A DNA stretch of 64,000 nt from contig CAWCNY010000001.1 of the NCBI GenBank assembly GCA_963797095.1, forward strand, positions 352,001 to 416,000, written 5' to 3'. The stretch's first letter is position 1. Every line of letters starts with the position of its first letter. Below, piece by piece: positions 1 through 9,149 of the stretch. This DNA comes from an uncultured Chloroflexia bacterium (GTDB lineage: Bacteria; Chloroflexota; Chloroflexia; QHBQ01; JADMIH01). Both the position numbers and the translations under genes were made by a program. Below the pieces are notes generated by a model. That model searched no databases, was not told where the DNA came from, and saw nothing but the letters and a program-made list of their open reading frames with translations.

Positions 1-746
1 AACGCCAGGATGCGCCGCCACGCGTCGTCGCAGTTAGAGGCAAACTCCGGCAACTCGTGGTCGAAGAAGCCGTGCGGAGCGCCCTCGTAGATCGTTATGT
101 GGTGCGCTACACCCGAGCGATCCAGCTGCTCGTCGAGCTGGCGAGTCAGCTCCACAGGTGCCACTTGGTCGGCGCTGCCGAAAAAGCCTAGCACCGGGGC
201 CTTCACGCCGAGCGACTCCTCCAGCACGCTTCCCTTGGACCCCGCTACGGGGCTGCTCATACGCGAGGCATAGAAAGGGATCAGTCCTTGCAGGCCGAAC
301 TCCTGAGTGCCTGTGAGCAGCGTCAGGCTGCCGCCTATACAGAAGCCGGCAACGAACGTCGAGCGCGAGCCTCCCTCACCCTGGCGCAGGTACTCCAGGC
401 AGGCCCATACATCGCTGAAGAAGTCGGGTAGCTCCAGTTGGGCGGCGTGATCGCGCCCATTGAAATCACTGCCCCTTGGGCTCACGCCAGCTGAATGGCC
501 ATAAAAGTCAACCGCGAGGGCGGTGATGCCCTGCTCGGCGAAGCGAAGTGCCAGCTTCTTGTAGAAGAGGCCAAGGCCGTTTATGTCGGGATAGATAAGG
601 ATCTGGCTCTGGCCCGCCCGCTGCGGGCGGGCCAGGTAAGCGTTGAAGCTGTTGCCGTCGGTACCGGTCAGTACGACATCCTCGCCAAGCGCGGCATTAC
701 CAGCACTTGGCGGATAGGGCGGGTTGGCATCACGGTCATAGCACAT
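1..746 (-). CDS. Dienelactone hydrolase family protein (runs off window start)
   Basis: Manual translation MCYDRDANPPYPP...; nucleophile motif GFCIGG, GxAD acid motif, YEGAPHGF His motif; AGGAG RBS upstream. Absent from the ORF track because no stop lies in the window. Confidence 0.88.
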   Translation of the reverse strand, partial: MCYDRDANPPYPPSAGNAALGEDVVLTGTDGNSFNAYLARPQRAGQSQILIYPDINGLGLFYKKLALRFAEQGITALAVDFYGHSAGVSPRGSDFNGRDHAAQLELPDFFSDVWACLEYLRQGEGGSRSTFVAGFCIGGSLTLLTGTQEFGLQGLIPFYASRMSSPVAGSKGSVLEESLGVKAPVLGFFGSADQVAPVELTRQLDEQLDRSGVAHHITIYEGAPHGFFDHELPEFASNCDDAWRRILA

Positions 747-835
747 GGGGACTCACTCCTTTAGTGGTCTGCGCACCGCGAGCGCAAGCAAAGGGGAGGC
801 CAGGGAGACTGCCACCCTGCCACCCTGCGCGGGCA

Positions 836-917
836 GGCCCGTAAATCAGATTTGCTCACAGGCCGCCGGGAGGTCACCTCTCAGTGGGGATCAACGGACC
901 GTGTCGTGCAGAGTATA
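836..917 (-). promoter_or_regulatory. -10 box (TATACT) followed by structured 5' leader of the hydrolase gene
   Basis: TATACT at 917-912; stem GGTCCGT (900-894) pairs with ACGGGCC (842-836) and encloses hairpin GAGG-TGA-CCTC. Confidence 0.4.
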
Positions 918-1072
918 CCCTGCCATGCAGTGTAGGAATACCGAAAAAGCCTGGGAATCACGTTGGGAGGCATTGGCTGGTTCCCAATGGTAATTTGGGG
1001 GTTAGTGTGCAACCAGGAGATGGGCTCAACGTTAGGACAGCCCTCGATGTATATTTCCGCTCACTTAGCGAT

Positions 1073-1903
1073 TTACTTTACTGCCCGAAAGCGTTGCAGT
1101 TTTTCGCGTGTCTGGGCATCCGGCATGTAGGCTGTGACCCTCATGTCCGGGTCGTTGAAAACGTGCAAGGTGAGATGCTTGAACTCGAGATGGCCTAGCT
1201 TTGGGTGCTCGATGATTTTATCGTTGTCCATTGAGTTACTTACATCGTGATGAGACCACCAGAGGCGAAAATGAGGGCTGGCCTGTCTTAGGTCCTCGAT
1301 CAATTCCTCGAACCACACATCACCAGGGTAGCGAGCACTGGCGGTACGAAACTCTGCAAGTATCCCTCGTGCCATCGGCTCCCAGTGAGAGAACCGCTCC
1401 CGCATCGTCGGATCGGTAAAGAAGCGCCAGATCACGTTGCGTGCGTGTGGAGGTGATGCCTCCGAAATGCCGAACACACCGTCGGCGGCCCTGTTCCATG
1501 CCAGGTAGTCCCAGCGTCGACCTATGACACAGGCGGGGCTCGGGTTGAGGTCATCGAGCATCTGTTGAAGTGTCGGGCTGACGCTCTCTTCCAATGGGAG
1601 GGCAGGCGATGGCAGCGGTTGCCCTGCGAGCAGAAACAAATGCCGCCGCTCATTTACTGTGAGCCTGAGCGCCTGAGCAATGCTTTCCAACACCTGCGCC
1701 GATGGGTGAATATCACGCCCCTGCTCCAACCAGACATACCAGGAGGTGCCGATGCTGGCAAGTTGCGCAACTTCCTCTCGGCGCAGCCCCGGTGTGCGAC
1801 GACGACCACCGGGTGGCAGCCCTACCGCGCTCGGCGTAAGGCTCGCCCGCCTCTTACGTAGGAAATCGGCAAGGGCCTGGTGACGACCGTCGCTCTTCTG
1901 CAT
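1073..1903 (-). CDS. MmyB-like XRE transcriptional regulator (HTH + MLTR ligand-binding domain)
   Basis: RRRTPGLRREEVAQLA...WLEQGR HTH; PA-x-V-x3-WD-x-LAWN and HP-x-LG-x-L-x-F C-terminal motifs; divergent from LLM gene. Confidence 0.92.
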   Translation of the reverse strand: MQKSDGRHQALADFLRKRRASLTPSAVGLPPGGRRRTPGLRREEVAQLASIGTSWYVWLEQGRDIHPSAQVLESIAQALRLTVNERRHLFLLAGQPLPSPALPLEESVSPTLQQMLDDLNPSPACVIGRRWDYLAWNRAADGVFGISEASPPHARNVIWRFFTDPTMRERFSHWEPMARGILAEFRTASARYPGDVWFEELIEDLRQASPHFRLWWSHHDVSNSMDNDKIIEHPKLGHLEFKHLTLHVFNDPDMRVTAYMPDAQTREKLQRFRAVK

Positions 1904-2042
1904 TTCAGCCTCTCCTTAGCACTTGTCATGGTAGTCTCAGACCTATGATAAACAAAGTCTGGTAATGGTATCAGACATTCAGTATCTTCAAAAGGAGCAT
2001 CAATGACAAGGCTACATCCTTCACACAAGCGAGGTAACTATT

Positions 2043-3041
2043 TTGTCTCTTCAATATAGCCTGGCCCTGCCTCAAGGTGGGACAATGGAACTAGCAAGCA
2101 TCAAAGACCCGGTTGAAGCATATGAGGCGATGACAAGTGTTGCTCAGACAGCCGACGAGTTGGGATTCACATCCGTGTGGTTGAGCGACCAGTTCCATAC
2201 CATCCCACGGCCAACACAGGAAGCGACGTTCGAGTGCTGGACTACCCTGACGGCGCTGATGCGTGATACGAAGCGCGTGCGCATGGGTCCGCTGGTCACA
2301 TGCAACCACTATCGGAACCCAGCCTTGCTGGCGAAGATGGCAAGCACAGTCGATGTGCTCTCACATGGGAGGCTTAACTTCGGCATCAGCTCAGGGGGCT
2401 GGAACGAAGAGCAGGACCGCGCCTACGGTTATGACTACGGCGATGCTCCTGATCTTCTGCGCCGTCTACGCGAAGCCGTCCAGGTCATTCTCAGCATGTG
2501 GACCCAGGAAGAGGCGGTCTTTGAAGGCGAATACTACCATGTGCGTTGTGCTGTCAATCAGCCCAAGGGCGTACAGAAACCCCATATTCCTCTGCTGATC
2601 GCAGGCAGTGGCGAGAAGGTGACGCTCAAACTGGTTGCTCAATATGGCGACGCCTGCCATATCGGCGGAGATGTGCCGACGATCCGGCGAAAACTTGCGA
2701 TCCTCAAGCAGCATTGCGAGACCATCGGACGTAATTACGAAAGCATACATCGCACCGCAACTGCCTTCTGTGCCATTGGAGAAACGTATGAACACGCTAT
2801 GTCGAAAATTCCGGAGCCCTTCTTGCAATTGCTAGAGTATATCGGTAGTACCAGGCTTATCGGCAGCCCCGATACGTTTCGCGTAGGTCTGGCCTCTTTG
2901 GAAGCAGCTGGTGTGCAGGAAGTGATACTTATATTCCCTGATGCCCTGCAGCTGGATTCGTTGCGCTCCTTCGCGCAAGCATTCATACGCCAGCGATGTG
3001 CAGGCGCAGCTCCTCATGATCAAGCTACGAGCAATTGTTGA
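2043..3041 (+). CDS. Luciferase-like (LLM) oxidoreductase, probably F420-dependent
   Basis: GFTSVWLSDQFH, ECWTTL, YRNPALLAKMASTVDVLSHGRL, PKGVQKPHIPLLIAGSGEKVTLKLVAQYGD. Confidence 0.88.
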   Translation: MSLQYSLALPQGGTMELASIKDPVEAYEAMTSVAQTADELGFTSVWLSDQFHTIPRPTQEATFECWTTLTALMRDTKRVRMGPLVTCNHYRNPALLAKMASTVDVLSHGRLNFGISSGGWNEEQDRAYGYDYGDAPDLLRRLREAVQVILSMWTQEEAVFEGEYYHVRCAVNQPKGVQKPHIPLLIAGSGEKVTLKLVAQYGDACHIGGDVPTIRRKLAILKQHCETIGRNYESIHRTATAFCAIGETYEHAMSKIPEPFLQLLEYIGSTRLIGSPDTFRVGLASLEAAGVQEVILIFPDALQLDSLRSFAQAFIRQRCAGAAPHDQATSNC

Positions 3042-3247
3042 GAAGCTGCTCTCGTAGAATATAGTAGGAGTGCTTGTCCAGGGCGATCTGGCTGCTTTTG
3101 GGCTCTGGTCAGCACGGTTAGTACCGTCGAGCTGACGACAGCAACTGTCGGCGGTGCATTAGGTATAATGCTCCCAGGTATTCGGACCAGGGGATAAGGT
3201 AGAGGAGGCTGTGATAGAATGGGCCAACCAAAAGGAGAAAAGACCCA

Positions 3248-3606
3248 TGTCAGCCCAACGAGCACAGCGCAAAACCTACTCAGCAGAGTTCAAGAGCAAG
3301 GTAGCCATCGAGGCAATCGGAGGGTTCCACACGATAAACGAGCTGGCCGCCGAATACGGGGTACACCCTCATCATATTAGCATGTGGAAAGCCCAGTTGC
3401 TGCAGGCAGCGCCAGGGGTGTTCTCAGGACGAGCTGATCAGCGGGAGAAGGAAGCCGAGGAGTTGCAAGCTCGCCTGTACCAGCAGACCTGTACCAGCAG
3501 ATCGGTAAGCTCAAGATGGAGCTTGACTGGCTGGAAAAAAAGTTGGACCTCTCGGTTGAGCACAAGCGCCTGCTGATAGAGGACGAGCACCCACACATAT
3601 CAATAA
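3248..3606 (+). mobile_element. IS3-family transposase remnant (orfA plus start of orfB)
   Basis: RKTYSAEFKSKVAIEA...LAAEYGVHP...WK HTH; tandem duplication of CCTGTACCAGCAGA shifts frame to LKMELDWLEKK; truncated after HPHISIR. Confidence 0.82.
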
Positions 3607-3991
3607 GGGGGGTCTGGGAATGTCTACGTACTCGTGCCCCGCACAGACTGTGCTTGAAGGGACAGGTAAGACGCGCCTGGTTCAGCTCCCTGTTCAGCTT
3701 CAAGAAACCTTACTCAACGGCGGCTTCAAGTGGACTCAGAACTCCCGGCGTCGGTAACATACCGCAGGTCCTCATTGATAATCACTGGGAACTTTGGCAT
3801 CCAGAGCAATACTCTAAGCTAACACCCGAACAATACATTGAGTGGTGGAATTCCGAGGTTGCACCTGCACTGGGGAGCGCCGCTCAGAAAACGTGGGTCT
3901 ATCCGCCTCAGCGATAGTTCCTGTCCTGTATCCGACTAATATCGGCAAAAACCCGGATGTATTGGATAGGCTGGAAGGGATTGTCCTCTTC

Positions 3992-4420
3992 ATGGCAGTT
4001 ATCACCAGAATTTATCTCTTTGACTTTGAAGGGTTCAGGGAATACGTCAACCCATTGATCGCCGACATGCACGGTGGCAACTATGAAGTCTTAGCAGATG
4101 CTGCTGCTGATGTAGCCCGCAACAATCCACAGGTTTGGACTGTACTAAGAGATTTCCGCTTCGATCCAACAGACCTGGGATCTGAGCTTGTGGAGTTTCC
4201 TGAAGTGTGTGACCGTGTTCGTTTTTGGTTGATGGTCCTTATCTCACCCTTCTTATAGCCCATGGAGGAACAATCCAACCAATTATCCGCGCCTTCTTTG
4301 CGCGGTTTCAGTTTTGTGGACAAATTGAAATCCAATGGATGGGCTGAAGAAGATGCGAAACGCCTAATTATAGGTAACCCATCTGAACAACTTCTGAGAC
4401 CTCAACCAAGTTCGTCGTGA
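3992..4420 (+). pseudogene. Lower-GC hypothetical protein with in-frame TAG at 4256-4258
   Basis: MAVITRIYLFDFEGF...LISPFL*PMEEQSNQ... the frame stays open after the stop. Confidence 0.4.
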
Positions 4421-4584
4421 TCACAACGCACTCAGGACATAGAACCAAGTTCTGTGGTCGTTGGACTGGGACAGTTGCCCAACTTGACTGGGTGGTTGAG
4501 CTCAGACGGTACTGGGCGGATTGCACCACGATTACCGGAGGGTCGCATGAGCGTGGATGGGCCAGGTAGCCGGGACAGGCTTTT

Positions 4585-4826
4585 TAACTCCATGGTTAGC
4601 CGCCCGAGCTTCCGTTCGAGTTCGGCGATGCGCTCTTGCTGTGAGCTTGCGAACCCTGAACGCTGCTCTTCCTGGCTGAAGATGAGGGGTGCTCCTTCCA
4701 GGAAGGTGGTGCGCCACTTGTAGAATAGGTTGTGGTGAATTTGGTACTGACGGCACACCTCGGTGCTGGTCTTGGTGCCGCTGAGCACTCCCAGAACCAC
4801 CTGGGCCTTGAACTGGGCTGTGAATG
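4585..4826 (-). mobile_element. IS3-family orfA fragment
   Basis: FTAQFKAQVVLGVLSG...EVCRQYQIHHNLFYKWR...ERIAELERKLGRLTME; start and orfB missing. Confidence 0.8.
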
Positions 4827-4829
4827 TGC

Positions 4830-4997
4830 ATCCCTGAATACTGGATTGTCAATCCATTGAACGAGACCATCACCGTCCTTGAGCTGCAGGGTGACACCTA
4901 TGTGGAGCATGGTGTTTTCGCCCGTGGTGAGAGCGCTTCCTCGAAGCTCCTTGAGGGCTTCCGTGTGAATGTCAATGAAGTGTTTGACGCTATGTAG
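4830..4997 (+). pseudogene. C-terminal fragment of Uma2 (DUF820) family endonuclease
   Basis: Manual translation IPEYWIVNPLNETITVLELQGDTYVEHGVFARGESASSKLLEGFRVNVNEVFDAM*; IPEYWIV(D/N)P is the family hallmark. Confidence 0.8.
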
Positions 4998-5199
4998 CGA
5001 TGTAGACCGGAAGTGTCAGATCTGGAACCCATTCAAAACCGGGGCAAGCGTCCCAACCTGCCGTGCCGCTGAGCAAGAGAAGGAGGTCGAGGCGAATTTT
5101 CCTTGCTAACGCTTGCTCCCGGTGCTTGCCCCCGGTTTTGAATTGCCCCTGGCAGACGGACTATGAGTATCAACGGAACGGAGATGTACGAATCGTACT

Positions 5200-6441
5200 T
5201 CAGGACGTCCAAATCCCCTTCCTTAGCGCCTCAGCGGCACGGGCCATGTTTGACAGCTTGCTCGCGGCAATAGCGGTAGAGTTCAGCGGACGGGTCGCGA
5301 AGGTGCCGAAACCGCAGTCAGGGTTGAGGAATATCCGTTCCGGCGGGAGGTAGCGTAGCGCTTCCTTTACCCGTGCTGCTATCGCCTCGGGCGACTCGAT
5401 TTCTTCGGTACGCGGGTTCACTACCCCCAGCCCTAGTTCCTTGGCTGTACCGTCCATCGCCCCAAGGGCATCGGCCGGGTCCCCGGCGCGGGGAGTAGCG
5501 TATTCCAGCACGAGTTGGTCTACGTTCATGCGCTCGAGGTAGGGCATCAAGAGGCCGTATGGTCCGCTGAGCAGCACCTCTTCGTGGGTGCTCCAGTTGC
5601 CCCGGCAAACGTGGAGCCCGATGCGCGGGCCAGGCTCGCTCTTTGTGCCCTTCGTCTTCTCGACTACCCTGTTGACAAGGTCCACAGCTAGCTCAAGCTC
5701 TTCGGTCGGGGTGTTGCGGATACTCAGGGACGCGCACATGAAGACGCGCGAGCTTACTTTGCTGCTGAACACAAGCTCTGATAGCACAGGCTCGTCGAAC
5801 TGGATGAAGTCCGCGCCTGCATGCCGGAGGGCCGATAGCTCCTCGCGCAAGATCGTCACTACATCATCCGCCAGGTGTTCTTTGGTTGGGTACGCCCCTT
5901 GCGAAACACCCTGCAGCCACATAGCGCGCGTGAGCAAGTAGGGGCCGGGTAGCGTTACTTTGATAGGTCGGGAGGTGTGGCGGCGGAGGAAGGTGTACTC
6001 TTCGACGGCCAGCGATTTGCGGCGAGCGATGCGCCCGATCGCTATCGGGTTGAACATGGCGAAGGCGGGCACGTCCATCGACCTGAGGATTTCTTCGTAG
6101 CTTGCTTTGTCCTCAACGTAATCGAGCATTTCGGCTAGCGGCATCAACCTCACGCCTTCCAGCCTGTCGGCAACAAAGCTGAAGAAGTTATCCCGCCTCT
6201 GCTCACCGTCCGTTACGATATCCACGCCCGCTGCTTCCTGCATGCGCAGAGTATCGAGGACTGACCTGTCAGCTACTTCGTTGAACTGGTCGGGGTCGGT
6301 GCGGCCGAGCCGCCTGGCCTTGAGCATGCGAAGCAGCTCGGGCGAGCGCGGCCAACTGCCCACGGTAGTAACGGGGAAGAGTGTCCTGCCGGGCACCTCA
6401 CCCGGCAAGGACGGTGTATTCGCGCTTCGTTCATCAACCAA
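5200..6441 (-). CDS. Cobalamin-independent methionine synthase II (MetE C-terminal barrel)-like Zn enzyme
   Basis: TTVGSWPR, GVDIVTDGEQRR, KVTLPGP, IQFDEP; Zn ligands HVCRGN, LEYA, NPDCGF; TTG start after GAGGAG overlapping upstream stop. Confidence 0.9.
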   Translation of the reverse strand: MVDERSANTPSLPGEVPGRTLFPVTTVGSWPRSPELLRMLKARRLGRTDPDQFNEVADRSVLDTLRMQEAAGVDIVTDGEQRRDNFFSFVADRLEGVRLMPLAEMLDYVEDKASYEEILRSMDVPAFAMFNPIAIGRIARRKSLAVEEYTFLRRHTSRPIKVTLPGPYLLTRAMWLQGVSQGAYPTKEHLADDVVTILREELSALRHAGADFIQFDEPVLSELVFSSKVSSRVFMCASLSIRNTPTEELELAVDLVNRVVEKTKGTKSEPGPRIGLHVCRGNWSTHEEVLLSGPYGLLMPYLERMNVDQLVLEYATPRAGDPADALGAMDGTAKELGLGVVNPRTEEIESPEAIAARVKEALRYLPPERIFLNPDCGFGTFATRPLNSTAIAASKLSNMARAAEALRKGIWTS

Positions 6442-7270
6442 GGCTCGGCTCCTCACTTTGCTCGAAGAAGTGCTGTTCTTGAACAGCCTGCTGGAGGTCG
6501 ACATAGCCTTCGGTGCGGCCCGGCAGCCAGGCTTTGAGCCCTTCCATATCCATCATCTCGCGGTGGAGCGGATTGTCATAGCTCATCTTGAAAAGCGCAT
6601 CGAGCCAGCGCTCCTGGTCCTCATGCGGGAAGCTTTGCAACACGGTGAAGTTGCAGTGGTCGAACGGTCCCGTGCTGGTGAGCACCTGCAATTCACCGGG
6701 TGGTACCGTGCCGTCGGTGCTCCAGCGCTCCCAGTTCAGGTCGAGAACAGCCGCGGCCTTGCTTTCGCCGCTCCGAAGGCTCTTGAGGGCGTCAAGCTCT
6801 CCGCCTACGTGGTCGCCGTGCTTGCCTACCATGACGTCGAACCTGCGCACATGGAAATCGCGCTCGGGTTCCAGGCCGTGCTGCCTAAGCGCGTGGATAG
6901 GAAGCAGAGTGGCCTGCGGCGAATCCATAGCACCCGTCGCCAGCGTCTTGCCTCGAAGGCCGGCGGGCGTCCGTATTCCGCTGTCGCGCCTGACGAGGAT
7001 GTGGGTCACGCGGTCGCGGTCGGTGTCGCGCATAGCAATTGCCTTACACCCGTTGCCAGTTCTGCGCTGCGCATCCAGCCAGGCCAGTGGCGAATTCCAC
7101 GCGATATGGATGTGTCCCGAGGTCAACCCTTCCACCATCAACTCGTAATTTGTATAGAACACGCAGTCCATAGGCACAGACTGCGCCTCGAAGAAGTCCT
7201 TGATGATCTCCCAGATCACCACCACCTTAGGGTCGTATATTACCGCGCCAACGCGGACCGTAGGATCCAT
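6434..7270 (-). CDS. PhnD/SsuA-type substrate-binding-fold protein lacking signal peptide
   Basis: Y..MVEGL..G.IHIAWNSPLAW, ILVRRDSGI..PAGLRGKTLA.G..DS....LLP pattern; no hydrophobic N-terminus or lipobox. Confidence 0.8.
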   Translation of the reverse strand: MDPTVRVGAVIYDPKVVVIWEIIKDFFEAQSVPMDCVFYTNYELMVEGLTSGHIHIAWNSPLAWLDAQRRTGNGCKAIAMRDTDRDRVTHILVRRDSGIRTPAGLRGKTLATGAMDSPQATLLPIHALRQHGLEPERDFHVRRFDVMVGKHGDHVGGELDALKSLRSGESKAAAVLDLNWERWSTDGTVPPGELQVLTSTGPFDHCNFTVLQSFPHEDQERWLDALFKMSYDNPLHREMMDMEGLKAWLPGRTEGYVDLQQAVQEQHFFEQSEEPSLG

Positions 7271-7285
7271 GGTAGTTGTCCTTTC

Positions 7286-8455
7286 TCAGAAGAGCGGCAT
7301 GCCGGTAACGGCTTTACCAATGAAGTCGTAAAGCACATCGGTTGTGGGGGCCATCACGGTAGCTGCCCTTGCGTCGCGGAAGTTGCGCTCGACGCCCACC
7401 TCTTTTCGGAAGGCAGCGCCACCGCACACGCGCATCGCGAGGTCCGTCACCTCGGTGGCCGTTTCGCCTGCTGCGGCTTTGACCTCGAGCACACGCAGCA
7501 TCGTGTCCTCACGGCCCGATTCGAGAGCGTTCAGGGTATCGAGGAGGAGGCTGCGTACCAAATCCGTCTTTATCCTCATGCGTGCGATGTAGGCGCGGAC
7601 TGTGGGAAGGTCGGCGAGGGCGCTGCGCAGGTGCTCGTAGCGCGTGCCACCGGCGTGCGCTGCCGTTATGCTTGTGGCCAACTCCATGATGCCCAGGGAG
7701 CAAGCGGCGTTCATAAGCTGGAAGTAGGGCAAGACAACACCCATCATGATGTCGAAGCCGCCACCGTCGGGACCAAGCATATTCTCCTTGGGCACCTCGG
7801 CGTTCTCCGCAGTTATGGGCGACGAGTGGTTGCCTCTCATGCCAAGACCGTTGAACGGCGCGGGTATGCTCAGACCTGCGGTATCAGCTGGTACGAGCCA
7901 GAGAGTGCTTGCTCCCTCGACCGACAGTGGCAGGCTGGACCAGACGTAGCTATCGGCTTGCCCCGCCGAGGTGGCCCAGCTTTTCTTCGCGTTTAGCCTG
8001 ACCCGGCCGTCGATTGCGGTCCCGGTGCTCAAGGGCGCCCAGAAGTGGCTGCGCGAGCCTGCCTCTGAGAAGGCCAGCGTGGTAATGTGCCTGCCCTCTG
8101 CTATCGCTTCGCGGGTTTCTCTCGGGCCGTGGGTCTCGATCACGGCGGTGCCCGCATAGTGCATACAGAGCACCATAGCGGTAGAGGCGCAGGCCTCGGC
8201 CACTCGCTCCACTGCCATCGTCGCTGCGCGGTGGGCCTTACCCGACCCGCCAACTTCCTCTGCGCTGATCAACCCGAGCAGACCTGCCCGCCCGAGCGCC
8301 TCCATCCCGGCGCGGGGATAGGTGCCCGTCTGGTCTACCTCGATGGCAGCGGGAGCTATGACTTCTGCGATTACTTTGTCCAGTGCTTCCATGTACGAGG
8401 GCGCTCCGGCTGTGGAAGATGCGCCAGTATCTTCTGTTTCAAGGGTGCTTGCCAC
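7286..8455 (-). CDS. Acyl-CoA dehydrogenase-fold flavoprotein
   Basis: ACASTAMVLCMH, LAFSEAGSRS, LNAKKSWATS, GLGMRGN.S, MRVCGGAAF...ERNFRDARA; GTG start after GGAGG. Confidence 0.9.
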   Translation of the reverse strand: MASTLETEDTGASSTAGAPSYMEALDKVIAEVIAPAAIEVDQTGTYPRAGMEALGRAGLLGLISAEEVGGSGKAHRAATMAVERVAEACASTAMVLCMHYAGTAVIETHGPRETREAIAEGRHITTLAFSEAGSRSHFWAPLSTGTAIDGRVRLNAKKSWATSAGQADSYVWSSLPLSVEGASTLWLVPADTAGLSIPAPFNGLGMRGNHSSPITAENAEVPKENMLGPDGGGFDIMMGVVLPYFQLMNAACSLGIMELATSITAAHAGGTRYEHLRSALADLPTVRAYIARMRIKTDLVRSLLLDTLNALESGREDTMLRVLEVKAAAGETATEVTDLAMRVCGGAAFRKEVGVERNFRDARAATVMAPTTDVLYDFIGKAVTGMPLF

Positions 8456-8484
8456 TACTTGTTCCTCCAATGTGTCTATCAAGG

Positions 8485-8955
8485 TTAATCTATCAGGCGC
8501 AGCTCGATACGTATCGCGGCGCTGCGCTTCAGGGTGTTTGCAATGGGTGAGCGCTCGAGTGTTGTTTGCCACACCGTCCGCACAAGGTCCTCGTCCGCGT
8601 CTGTGCTGACGTACAAAGTACCGTCTATCTCGCTCACATAGGGGTCGCCTGTTTCACCGATCACACCGACGTAGACCAGTGGGTTCTCAAGGCGGCCCGA
8701 GAGTGCCATCTCCAGCTCATCCAGGGTGATGCCTTCGGCCTGGGCGTTCTTCTGGAAGCCGCTCGTGAGGTCGGCACCCAGCGCACCGAGCAGGTACTCG
8801 ATGGCGCTCGGGTGGAGGTCCTTGTCGCGGAAGCTCGCGGGCGAACCTACTATGAACGCATTGTTGCGTGCGTATACCGTGGACACCTGGGCGGCATTCC
8901 AGCGCACGCGCAGGGACCAGGTGAAACCTGAACCTGCGCCAGGCGAATCAGTCAT
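8485..8955 (-). CDS. OsmC/Ohr-fold protein lacking both canonical cysteines
   Basis: PSAIEYLLGALGADL (Cys position holds D) and LERSPIANTL (CPV position reads SPI); no Cys in the protein. Confidence 0.75.
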   Translation of the reverse strand: MTDSPGAGSGFTWSLRVRWNAAQVSTVYARNNAFIVGSPASFRDKDLHPSAIEYLLGALGADLTSGFQKNAQAEGITLDELEMALSGRLENPLVYVGVIGETGDPYVSEIDGTLYVSTDADEDLVRTVWQTTLERSPIANTLKRSAAIRIELRLID

Positions 8956-9045
8956 ATGCAGTTAAAAACCCCCAGTTAGGACTTTAGCGATGGCCTATGG
9001 TGGCCTGTGGGGTGAAGCTAGACCTGGAGCGGGGAGCTAAGAGCT

Positions 9046-9149
9046 AGAAGAGGGAACAGGAGAAAGATCGCAGGTGAAGAGCGATCTGCGTGCCTCCTCG
9101 TGATTACGCCCGGCAGCCAGGTTCAACACCGGGTCAATGTTGTTACCAT
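9046..9149 (-). promoter_or_regulatory. Attenuator/riboswitch-like leader of the OsmC-ACAD-PhnD-MetE operon
   Basis: CCCGG/CCGGG stem (9133-9109), then AGATCGC/GCGATCT hairpin (9087-9065) followed by a pyrimidine tract. Confidence 0.45.

Noticed and set aside
5200-6441. Assigning gene symbol metE
   Set aside because: Only the catalytic barrel is present; methionine synthase activity is not established.
6434-7270. Phosphonate ABC transporter (phnD)
   Set aside because: No signal peptide and no phnC/phnE or other ABC genes nearby.
6242-7996. 584-aa plus-strand ORF
   Set aside because: Antisense shadow of the PhnD-like and ACAD genes; no recognizable motifs.
8485-8955. Selenocysteine read-through explaining the missing Cys in OsmC
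   Set aside because: The positions are ordinary Asp and Ser codons; no in-frame TGA.
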